This document shows positions 1-8,630 of a stretch of DNA of 64,000 nucleotides, in pieces. Each line of letters opens with the position of its first letter. Positions within the stretch are counted from its first letter, which is position 1. The translations under genes were made by a program, and so were the position numbers. The notes below the pieces were generated by a model, which made no database searches, was not told the DNA's origin, and saw nothing but the letters and a program-made list of their open reading frames with translations. Source of the stretch: Planctomycetota bacterium (GTDB lineage Bacteria; Planctomycetota; PLA2; JAEUHO01); contig CBDCTJ010000007.1 of assembly GCA_965222115.1 (NCBI GenBank), forward strand, positions 1 through 64,000, written 5' to 3'.

Positions 1-1404
1 ATGCAATGCCTCGTCATGCACGGTACCAAACACGGGCGGTGAACCCGTTCGGAGCGCGCGCGCTACGGCGCTCGCACCGTGCGCTGCGTGCGTTACTCGA
101 ACCGCAAAACCCGGCAATCCGACGGTAGGTAACGATCCGGCACCCACCGCATCCTCGGCCTCGACTACGTCCACCGTCCAGGCATCGGCGTCTTCCGTGA
201 CCGCTCGTTGTAACGCATTCGCAACCTCATTGGCACGCGCAGCCAACGCGTCGTTGGACAATGTGAGCATGGCCGTGGTCGGATGATCGTCGTGCAGCGT
301 TTCGGGATTTAGGAACAGGCGCAGCGTGGCTTCCATCGCAATCAATGTGAGTTTGTCACAGCGCACAGCGCGGAAGTAAGGATGTGCGCGCACACGCGCC
401 ACGCTTGCCCGTGAACCGAGAACCAAACCCATCTGTGGCCCGCCAATCAACTTATCGCCGGAAGCCGTAATGAGGTCCACGCCCGCCTCAATGCTCTTGG
501 AAATCAGCGGTTCGTCGCCCGGAAGTCCGTGCTCCGCCAGAGAAATCAGCGCACCACTGCCAAGATCATCCACGGTGGGAATGCTGTAGGCGTCTGCAAG
601 TTTGACCAGCGCCTCAATGGACACCTCGCCATGAAATCCATCCACGCGATAATTGGACGTGTGCACGCGCATGATCGCTGCCGTGTTCTCGTTAATCGCG
701 TTTTCGTAGTCGTGAAGGTGCACGCGATTGGTGGTGCCGACCTCCCGGAGGGTGGCACCAGAAAGTCGCATGACATCGGGAATGCGATAGGCCCCACCGA
801 TTTCAACAAGTTGACCACGCGCCACAATGATCTCGCGCCCTGCACCTAGTGCGGCAAGCGCAACCATGGTGGCGGCAGCGTTGTTGTTGACGACGGTGGC
901 GGCATCGCAGCCCGTAAGTTGTTGCAGTAGTGCCTCGACATGGCGTTCGCGCGGGGAACGCGCACCGCCTTCGGCGTCGGCCGCGAGCAGTTGGTAGCCA
1001 CCACCGTGATTGGCAATAGATTCAAGCGCTTGCGCGGGCATGGCGGCGCGCCCGAGGTTGGTGTGCAGCACAACGCCGGTAGCGTTGATCACGCGTACGC
1101 AACCCGGATCGCGACGCCGTTGTATCCGTCGAAAGGCGCGGTCACTCAAGGCCTTGGTCGTAACCATGCCCGCCAACGCAACGGGACCCACACGTCCACT
1201 CAACACCGACGCGCGCACTTCGGCGAGCGCGGCGCGAATCTCGGAAACCCATTCTTCATGCGGCGCGGCGTTTCGCTGGCCTTCCTGAAGTTGCTCAAGC
1301 ACGTCATGGACTGCCGGCAGCGTTCGCAGCAACGCCTTGGGATCGCCCGCGCCTTCGGGCGCGATTGGACGAGGAGGAGGCGGAAGATCGGAGGACCGCG
1401 TCAT
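1..1404 (-). CDS. selA: L-seryl-tRNA(Sec) selenium transferase (partial, 3' end runs off window)
   Basis: Not in ORF track (no stop in window). Manual minus-strand translation gives VINATGVVLHTNLGRA, VVNNNAAA, RGQLVEIGGAYRIPDVM, EVGTTNR, VHTSNY, DDLGSG, SGDKLIGGPQ; ATG at 1404. Confidence 0.95.
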   Translation of the reverse strand, partial: MTRSSDLPPPPRPIAPEGAGDPKALLRTLPAVHDVLEQLQEGQRNAAPHEEWVSEIRAALAEVRASVLSGRVGPVALAGMVTTKALSDRAFRRIQRRRDPGCVRVINATGVVLHTNLGRAAMPAQALESIANHGGGYQLLAADAEGGARSPRERHVEALLQQLTGCDAATVVNNNAAATMVALAALGAGREIIVARGQLVEIGGAYRIPDVMRLSGATLREVGTTNRVHLHDYENAINENTAAIMRVHTSNYRVDGFHGEVSIEALVKLADAYSIPTVDDLGSGALISLAEHGLPGDEPLISKSIEAGVDLITASGDKLIGGPQMGLVLGSRASVARVRAHPYFRAVRCDKLTLIAMEATLRLFLNPETLHDDHPTTAMLTLSNDALAARANEVANALQRAVTEDADAWTVDVVEAEDAVGAGSLPTVGLPGFAVRVTHAAHGASAVARALRTGSPPVFGTVHDEALH

Positions 1405-1604
1405 GCCGCAAAGCATACTCGCGTGGCCGCCATTCGCCCGTTCTCCACGGGCATTCCACAGCCCTTCGACACATGCTTGAAGTCCCACGAGACGAGTGGA
1501 ATTCGTTCGCGCCCAACCAACGCACAAACCGCCGTCCGACACCGCCCCATGTAGGCGAACGCTGGTACCGTCTTGAGCCACAAGATCAAGGGAGGCAAAT
1601 TCAC

Positions 1605-4217
1605 TTGCGCGCAAAGACGCCCGCGATGGCTCAATACGAAGAGGCCAAACGACAACATCCCGATGCGCTGATCTTTTTTCGGATGGGCGACTTCTACGAG
1701 ATGTTTCACGAGGACGCCAAGCTGGCGTCCTCGCTACTCGGGCTCACATTGACGGCGCGCGACAAGAAACGCGAGATTCCGATGGCGGGCGTACCGGTGA
1801 AAGCCGCCACGGGCTATATGCAAAAGCTCTTGGCGCGCGGCCACAAAGTTGCGGTGTGCGAACAGATCAGCAATCCCGCAACGACCAAGGGGCTGCTTGC
1901 GCGCGAGGTCGTGCGCGTGCTCACGCCCGGCACGGTCATGGACGACGATGCGCTTGATCCGCGTATCAGCAACTACCTCATCGCGGTGCTGCCTGCGATT
2001 AAGAAGCGCGATCCGGTTGGACTTGCATGGGTAGATCTTTCAACGGGCCAGTTCGTCGTTGCTGAAGTGCTGCGAGATCGTTGGCTGGACGAGTTGGCGC
2101 GCGTGCAACCCGCCGAGGTGCTCGTACCCGACAATGAACGCGGACGTTCGCTGGAAGCGGATATCAAGTCTGTTCTGCCTACCACGGTGACGCACATCTC
2201 GCCGGTCCACTTGGATCGCGACGTGGCCGCGCGCTGTTTGAAGGAGCAGTTTCGCGTGGCGGGGCTAGGCGCATTTGGATTGGATGCAATGCCCCGCGCC
2301 CTGCGTGCGGCGGGTGGCGCGCTTCAATACTTGCGAGACACGCAGCGGGCTTCTCTGGATCACATCACGCGCATTGTGCGACACGAGCCGGCCAACATTT
2401 TAGTCATGGAACAAGGCACGCGACGACGCCTCGATCTCGTCATGCGACGCGACGGATCGCGTGGCGGCACATTGCTTGACACCATCGACAACACGAAATC
2501 CGCTGCAGGCGGACGTCGACTTCGGGAATGGGTGCTGGCTCCGCGTACCGACATGGCAACGATTTCGTTTCGCCATGAAGGTGTAGAAGAGTTCGTCAAG
2601 GACAGCTTCCTGCGCAATGACCTGCGCGAGTTAATGTCCGCCGGCCGAGACATTGAGCGCATTTGCGCACGGGTATCCACGAACCGCACCAACGCACGTG
2701 ACTTGGTGGGTCTGGGGCGCACGCTTGAATCCCTTCCGGCCCTTCGCGACTTGCTGACCCATTGCTACAGCAACACCCTCCACGAGTTATTGCAGCGCAT
2801 TCCGGATTGTGATGCGCTCGCTGGGCGACTTGCAGAGGCGTTGGACGAGGACCCACCGGCAGGACTGCGCGAGGGCGGCATGATCCGCGCAGGCTTTGAT
2901 CGCGATCTGGATGAATTGCGCACGCTGAGTCGCAGCGGGAAGGCGTGGATCTCGTCGTATCAAGCCGAAGAGGCACGGCGCACGGGCATCGCCAAACTCA
3001 AAGTCGGCTACAACCGCGTCTTTGGGTACTACATCGAAGTTCGTAACGCCAACAAAGACAAGGTGCCCGACGACTACATTCGCAAACAGACGCTCACAAA
3101 CGCCGAGCGCTACATCACACCTGAGCTCAAGACCTACGAAGAGAAGGTGCTGCGCGCCGACGAACGAGCCGTGTCGCGAGAGTACGATCTATTTCAAGAA
3201 CTCCGTGCGTTTGTTGCGGATCATGTGGAAACACTCCAATGCGTTGCTTCCACCCTTGCCACGCTCGACGCACTCGCGGCGCTTGCTACGTATGCGTCCA
3301 CTCACGGTTGTGTACGTCCCACAATGACTGAGGAGCCGGTGCTAGAGATTCAGGACGGGCGCCATCCGGTGGTGGAAGCCATGATGCCGTCCGGCGAACA
3401 GTTCGTTCCCAACGACACCGTGCTTCATCCCGATCGCCGCGTCGGCCTGATTACCGGTCCCAACATGGCGGGCAAGAGCACCTACATTCGACAAAATGCG
3501 CTGCTTGTTTTGCTAGCGCAAATGGGATCGTTTGTGCCGGCGACCAAGGCGCGCATTGGCATTGCCGATCGAATCTTTGCGCGCGTGGGTGCGGAAGACG
3601 ATCTCACCCGCGGCCAAAGCACCTTCATGGTGGAGATGAGCGAAACCGCCTACATCCTCAATCACGCCACGTCGCGTAGCTTGATCATTTTGGACGAAGT
3701 GGGTCGCGGCACCAGCACCTACGACGGCATCGCTATTGCATGGGCATTGACCGAGTACCTATCGGAAGTCGTGGGCGCTCGCACGCTTTTCGCGACGCAC
3801 TATCACGAACTCACACAGTTGGCCGATCAGCTGCCCGGTGTGTTCAATCTCAATGTCGCGGTTTCGGAATGGGATGACTCCATCGTGTTTCTGCGGCGCA
3901 TCGAAGACGGTTCAACGGATCGCTCGTACGGCGTGCATGTGGCACGACTCGCTGGGGTGCCCGATGCCGTGGTGGACCGTTCCCGCGTCATCTTGGCAAC
4001 GCTGCAAGACGAGCGCGCCGATGTTGGCGAGTCCACCGCGTTCGGCGAACCGAAGGCCAATGCACCACGCGACGTACAGTTGGGACTCTTCGCACCGCCC
4101 CCACCCGATCCAGTCACCGAGTCGCTGTGCGAACTCGATCTCAATGCCCTTACGCCGCTTGAAGCACTCAACAAACTCGCCGAGTTGCAACAACGCGCCC
4201 AGGGCAAAGACGTATAA
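1605..4217 (+). CDS. mutS: DNA mismatch repair protein MutS
   Basis: TPAMAQY..FFRMGDFYEMF N-terminus, Walker A TGPNMAGKST, STFMVEM, DEVGRGTS, FATHYHEL; TTG at 1605 with GGAGG upstream (track start 1365 overlaps selA). Confidence 0.97.
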   Translation: MRAKTPAMAQYEEAKRQHPDALIFFRMGDFYEMFHEDAKLASSLLGLTLTARDKKREIPMAGVPVKAATGYMQKLLARGHKVAVCEQISNPATTKGLLAREVVRVLTPGTVMDDDALDPRISNYLIAVLPAIKKRDPVGLAWVDLSTGQFVVAEVLRDRWLDELARVQPAEVLVPDNERGRSLEADIKSVLPTTVTHISPVHLDRDVAARCLKEQFRVAGLGAFGLDAMPRALRAAGGALQYLRDTQRASLDHITRIVRHEPANILVMEQGTRRRLDLVMRRDGSRGGTLLDTIDNTKSAAGGRRLREWVLAPRTDMATISFRHEGVEEFVKDSFLRNDLRELMSAGRDIERICARVSTNRTNARDLVGLGRTLESLPALRDLLTHCYSNTLHELLQRIPDCDALAGRLAEALDEDPPAGLREGGMIRAGFDRDLDELRTLSRSGKAWISSYQAEEARRTGIAKLKVGYNRVFGYYIEVRNANKDKVPDDYIRKQTLTNAERYITPELKTYEEKVLRADERAVSREYDLFQELRAFVADHVETLQCVASTLATLDALAALATYASTHGCVRPTMTEEPVLEIQDGRHPVVEAMMPSGEQFVPNDTVLHPDRRVGLITGPNMAGKSTYIRQNALLVLLAQMGSFVPATKARIGIADRIFARVGAEDDLTRGQSTFMVEMSETAYILNHATSRSLIILDEVGRGTSTYDGIAIAWALTEYLSEVVGARTLFATHYHELTQLADQLPGVFNLNVAVSEWDDSIVFLRRIEDGSTDRSYGVHVARLAGVPDAVVDRSRVILATLQDERADVGESTAFGEPKANAPRDVQLGLFAPPPPDPVTESLCELDLNALTPLEALNKLAELQQRAQGKDV

Positions 4218-4220
4218 GCG

Positions 4221-4853
4221 CTACGCGCGTTCAAACTCGAGGGCGTAAATCGAACGACCCATCTCTCGCCATTGAGTCTCAAAGGCCGTCATGTTGGCAC
4301 CGCGGGGACGTCGTGCGTAGCCAGGCGAGGGCACAGCGTTTGTGAGGGTCGCTACGTCGGTCGAGGCTTCAAGGACTTCTTCGGCGTAGGCATGCGAGTC
4401 GGTGGCAATCAAAACGCGGCCGCCTTCAACAAGGCTCTCGCCCACATCGCGCAAGAATGAAGATTTCAAGAGGCGATAGCGCGCATGGTGCGCTTTGGGC
4501 CACGGATCCGGAAAATAGATGTGATACGCCGCGACTTGCACGGGGGAGAGAAACTCGGCGATCACATCCCGCGCGGGACGCCAGAGAAGCCGTGTATTTT
4601 TCCATAGTGACGCACCGTCGGCGTCCATGCGTTCGAGGCGACGAATGTAGCGGCGCACTCGTTTGTGGCTGTACTCAATGCCAAGCCAGTTGTGTTCCGG
4701 AATCTGCGCGGCGCGACGCGCGAGAAAGCCGTCGTCGCCGGGCCCAATTTCCACCTCAAGCGGTGCATGCGGATCATGAAACTGGGCGTGGATGCCCTCA
4801 AGCAGGAGGGGTTCCCAGGTAACTTCGTAGGGATCAAGAACCGGATGGACCAT
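4221..4853 (-). CDS. trmB: tRNA (guanine-N7)-methyltransferase
   Basis: EVEIGPG SAM motif, WLGIEY, HIYFPDPWPKAHH, IATDSHAYA, TAFE; start 4853 or 4889. Confidence 0.88.
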   Translation of the reverse strand: MVHPVLDPYEVTWEPLLLEGIHAQFHDPHAPLEVEIGPGDDGFLARRAAQIPEHNWLGIEYSHKRVRRYIRRLERMDADGASLWKNTRLLWRPARDVIAEFLSPVQVAAYHIYFPDPWPKAHHARYRLLKSSFLRDVGESLVEGGRVLIATDSHAYAEEVLEASTDVATLTNAVPSPGYARRPRGANMTAFETQWREMGRSIYALEFERA

Positions 4854-4915
4854 GGCGCCGATATACGCCGTGTCGCAATCGATGCGCACAAAGATCCGTA
4901 GCGTTCACGTGAGGC

Positions 4916-4951
4916 TAGCCCGGATGTTGCACGAAGCGCGCGTCCGGGCTA
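4916..4951. repeat. 36-bp mini-element related to the ends of the 48141-48388 MITE-like element
   Basis: TAGCCCGGATGTTGCACGAAGCGCGCGTC matches the reverse complement of the MITE right end at 25/29 positions and is closed directly by CGGGCTA. Confidence 0.65.
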
Positions 4952-5974
4952 ATCATCAAATCCGACGGGGGCGTCATAGGCGCGGAGCGCAAGTTCAACG
5001 CGATTCCGTACTTGGCACTTGGTAAAGACAGACATCAGTACGTTCTTGACAGTCTTTTCGACGATGCCCAAGCGACCGGCAACCTCGGAGTTGGTACACC
5101 CGCGCGCAACGCCAGCCGCGACTTGGGCTTCACGCAAGGTGAGTCCAAAGCGTGATTGCAGACGGCGTACGGTGGGCTCGTTCCAAGGTGTGGCGGGATG
5201 AACGCGCAGAGCAACAAACGTGTTGACGCCCTGCTTGTTTGACTTGGTCCTGACCGATGAGGATTCAACCGATGGCGACTCGCCCGGTTGCAGCGTAACG
5301 GCCTCCAACGTAATGCGAAGGCGTCGGTCCTCTGCGCTGGGGTAGTAGATGTCCTCAAGCGCGGGACTGCGCTGCGTGCGCATGCGCTCCACGAATCGTG
5401 CCAACTGATGATCTATCGAAGAGGGCAAAAGGGCGTCGCGCCCGCGGGCCGTGCCATCGCGCAGGTGATTGCGTGCGGCGGGGCTTGCATAGAGCACGAC
5501 GCCATCGGTGCTTAGGAGTACGGCACCGCGATCTTGATCGGTGTCGAGCAAACCCTTCCCGATCGCATTGAGTTCCCAACCCTCAAGCATGAGCGCACCT
5601 CGACGATCGTGAGAACCTGTACCCGAGCCTCGAATTTGCGGATCCCGTTGCTGCGCGTCCCGTAGCTGCGAACTCGTTGAGTTAGCTGCGAACGCATCAT
5701 GGCGATCGGCGGGGGCGCTGGACAAGCGTCCATTGCTATTTGCTGCGTGGCCGTTCAACGCACCGCTTTGCGCGCCTTGTTGCGAGAACGGACCCTGTTG
5801 CGAGAACAAACCCTGTCGGGCCACGCCGTTTCGAGAATCGCCGCCCTCAATAGTTCGAATATCTCGAAGACGTTGAGGGGTAGGCCGAGTGGCACCTAGA
5901 TTCGAGTTACGCATATCCGTTTTGCGTAAATCTGAGTTACCCAAATCTGAGCTATTGCGGGAATCTCTAGCCAT
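4949..5974 (-). CDS. LuxR-family HTH transcriptional regulator with low-complexity N-terminus
   Basis: C-terminal FGLTLREAQVAAGVARGCTNSEVAGRLGIVEKTVKNVLMSVFTKCQVRNRVEL; PAS-like segment GAVLLSTDGVVLYASPAA. Confidence 0.85.
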   Translation of the reverse strand: MARDSRNSSDLGNSDLRKTDMRNSNLGATRPTPQRLRDIRTIEGGDSRNGVARQGLFSQQGPFSQQGAQSGALNGHAANSNGRLSSAPADRHDAFAANSTSSQLRDAQQRDPQIRGSGTGSHDRRGALMLEGWELNAIGKGLLDTDQDRGAVLLSTDGVVLYASPAARNHLRDGTARGRDALLPSSIDHQLARFVERMRTQRSPALEDIYYPSAEDRRLRITLEAVTLQPGESPSVESSSVRTKSNKQGVNTFVALRVHPATPWNEPTVRRLQSRFGLTLREAQVAAGVARGCTNSEVAGRLGIVEKTVKNVLMSVFTKCQVRNRVELALRAYDAPVGFDD

Positions 5975-6306
5975 GAATAGTGCACCTCACGGCGAGTGCA
6001 GGCAGGCACAAAATAGGGACCTCAGCGATGGGGCGCCCGGGTTTGGGGTCAACCGGGCTATCGCTGCGGTTCTTCCTGCCGCTCTCCGCCTCGGACCGTT
6101 TCGAATTCACTGGTGAATCAACGTAGATTGTTCGCGTTTTGTTAAAGCGCCCTTCCTTCGGCTTCGTCAATCACGGGCGCGTCGCCGCCAGCGGGCAACA
6201 CCCAATCTAAGAAGCTCTACGTATCTTCGCTGGTTGAACGTTTCCGTGTGCCCGAGTCACAAAGCACCGACCGCCTCACGGCGAAATCGGGAGCAATCTC
6301 GGCCCG

Positions 6307-7650
6307 CTACCCTCGGGAGGACGACGCCTGCGCGCCCGATGTTCCCTGCTGGCCGTGCGCCGGCACCCATGTCATGAGCAGCACGGCCGCCAAGAGAACG
6401 AGAAACGCAACGACATAGAAGAGCGACGCGTAGGTGCAGAACGCGAGCGCAAGACCCCCTAGAAATGGCATGGCGCCTTGCATGGCAGTGATCGCTGTTC
6501 CTACGGCACTGAGCGCCAATGTCTGATCTTCAACTTCACGATTGAGGCGCATGACTTCGGGTGAGTGGGCGCTCAAGCGTATGCCCATAAAGATGCCGCC
6601 GAGAACCGCAACAATGGAGTGGGGCAAGCTCCCGCCGCCGTGTGCGCTGATGAGCGCGGCTGCCACCATGAGAAGTAATGAAAGTTCGAGCCAACGACGC
6701 AGGGGCATGACGTGGCCGATGAGCGCAATGGCTCCACAAATGACCAACTGGCCCACGGCCGCGTACTGCACAAAGCGACCGGACCACGCTTCTTCAAGTC
6801 CATCTCGACGCAGCGCCGCATCACCGAAGTAGACAATGACAATGAAGCTCGCAACGCCTAAGAGATCGACGAGTACAAATCGTCGAATGGCTCGACATTT
6901 TCGAAAAACTGAGATGAGTTGTCCTGCATGGTGCCGCAACCGTGGACGTGGCGTGGGCATACGTTCGCGCTCGGCAAGACCCAGGAAGGGAACACTGCCA
7001 ATGCCGCCACAGATGGCGGCGGCCAGCAAGAGCAGGCTCCACGTGGCCGGAACATTCTCATGACTGCGAAGCGTGTGTTCGGCCCACCATCCACCGGCAA
7101 TGCCCCCCATGCGATTGGCCATAAACGACACCGCCAACAGTCGAGATCGATGGGCCTCGGAAAACAGGTCACCGACGATCGATAGCCAAACAGGAATGGC
7201 GATGCCGATCGATAGGAAATAGGTGAACACCAGCGTGAGGTAGATGGCCGCCAACAGTTCACCGTGTTGCGCTGCATCGATCGCGTAAAAGACGAACGCC
7301 AGGAGCGCCAGCACGAGAGCACACACCGTGTGTGAAAGGTAGACAAGACCGCGCTTGCCATGTCGGGGCGCCAACACATACGCCGACAAAAACATGCCAC
7401 TACTCAGGCCAATACCAATCAGTAGCTGCGCAGTGCCCACCAAACTCGAATCGCGGCCCAACGCCTTGACGAGCGTGGCCGGCATCGGTCCATCCCAAAC
7501 CAGCGCCCACGCGACGCCCCACAGCAGTTGGGGCACAATGAAACACGTCGCATTTCGTGCGAGGTAACGACGCCGAAAGGAGGAGACTTCGCGAGTCGGG
7601 TTCAACTGAAGATCCTTCCGGCGCTGCGCCGTCGGGTTGACGAACGTCAC
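6307..7650 (-). CDS. MFS transporter
   Basis: About 12 hydrophobic helices in two halves; WLSIVGDLFSEAHRSR loop motif; start uncertain (GTG 7650). Confidence 0.75.
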   Translation of the reverse strand: MTFVNPTAQRRKDLQLNPTREVSSFRRRYLARNATCFIVPQLLWGVAWALVWDGPMPATLVKALGRDSSLVGTAQLLIGIGLSSGMFLSAYVLAPRHGKRGLVYLSHTVCALVLALLAFVFYAIDAAQHGELLAAIYLTLVFTYFLSIGIAIPVWLSIVGDLFSEAHRSRLLAVSFMANRMGGIAGGWWAEHTLRSHENVPATWSLLLLAAAICGGIGSVPFLGLAERERMPTPRPRLRHHAGQLISVFRKCRAIRRFVLVDLLGVASFIVIVYFGDAALRRDGLEEAWSGRFVQYAAVGQLVICGAIALIGHVMPLRRWLELSLLLMVAAALISAHGGGSLPHSIVAVLGGIFMGIRLSAHSPEVMRLNREVEDQTLALSAVGTAITAMQGAMPFLGGLALAFCTYASLFYVVAFLVLLAAVLLMTWVPAHGQQGTSGAQASSSRG

Positions 7651-7765
7651 CCGCGAGCACAGCGAAGGTGGCCATCCTACGCCCCCCAAATCGAAATCGA
7701 ATTCAGTCCCTGGTTTCGCTTGGCCCACCCTCCCGCATAGGTATGCTCCCCGCTCCACTCATCGA

Positions 7766-7837
7766 CGCGGGGTGGAGAAGTGGTATCTCGTCAGGCTCAT
7801 AACCTGGAGGTCGCGGGTTCGACTCCCGCCCCCGCTA
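7766..7837 (+). tRNA. tRNA-fMet (CAT), initiator type; CCA not encoded
   Basis: CGCGGGGTGGAGAAGTGGTATCTCGTCAGG-CTCATAA-CCTGGAGGTCGCGGGTTCGACTCCCGCCCCCGCTA folds as a cloverleaf with unpaired C1; sigma70-like TTGGCC-N16-TATGCT upstream. Confidence 0.95.
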
Positions 7838-7856
7838 TTCCTTTAAAGGGGCGCAG

Positions 7857-8026
7857 CCCCTTTCGCTTCAGACTTGGATTGCGTCGCTTCGCGACTTCTC
7901 CAAGATCTGAAGCTAACCCCATGTTCGCAGTCGAACGCCGCTTGCGATTCGGGCAAGCCCCCTTTCGCGTTCAACTTGGGTCGGTGCGCCAAGGCACTCC
8001 TTACCAAGATTGAACGCTAACCCATG
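7857..8026. repeat. Two diverged tandem copies (period about 102 bp) of a bulged-hairpin element
   Basis: CCCCTTTC-GCTTCAGA-CTTGG..CCAAG-A-TCTGAAGC-TAACCCCATG and CCCCTTTC-GCGTTCAA-CTTGG..CCAAG-A-TTGAACGC-TAACCCATG. Confidence 0.8.
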
Positions 8027-8630
8027 CGTGCCAGATCGATCTGCATTTGAAGTACTCGACCGACCAAGTCTCCTTCTCTCTTCAGATACATGTACATCCG
8101 CGTCCTCAAAATTGAGCGCTGTCTCCATAGTTGTGGTTGGCGCTATACTTGGGGCTCTTCGCCCAGCCGCACTTTCCCCATTTCTGAACTTCTTGCCGAG
8201 TTGAACCCGCAGCTTCCAAGCATGGACGCCTGTGAAGTCACTAGTTCCTTGTAACTCGACGCGCCCAACAAATACACGGCCTGCCTCCATACTTCACAAA
8301 GCACGTGACAACCGCACCTCCCGCACCCCTCACCAAAATGACGCATCCCTTAGCTCGCGGTCGCCCCGCGTTCAATCACTCCCCTCAAAAAACGTCCCGC
8401 CCAAAACCCGAAGCCACAAGCGTTACCCCGAATCGCCATCAACAATCGATGGCCAAACAAGAAGTTCCCCCAACGTAACCGGATCGATGGGGCCCGTGTC
8501 CAATTCAATAAGACGATACTGTGCGCATGAGGAGAGCGACGCGTGGTCTTCCCACGCGAGCCTCGACGAAGGCGCGCAGGACCGAGCATCCATCGGTCAG
8601 CACGCCCACGACTCCAGTGGTGTTCGCAAG

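Noticed and set aside
1365-1604. N-terminal extension of MutS in the ORF track (similar extensions for dcd, nrdJ, the M17 peptidase, IMPase and cytochrome c)
   Set aside because: The extensions overlap neighbouring genes or lack motifs, and better downstream starts exist, most with an RBS.
7857-8026. Integron attC sites, CRISPR repeats or hammerhead ribozymes
   Set aside because: No paired RYYYAAC/GTTRRRY ends, no integrase or cas genes, only two diverged units, and no CUGANGA core.
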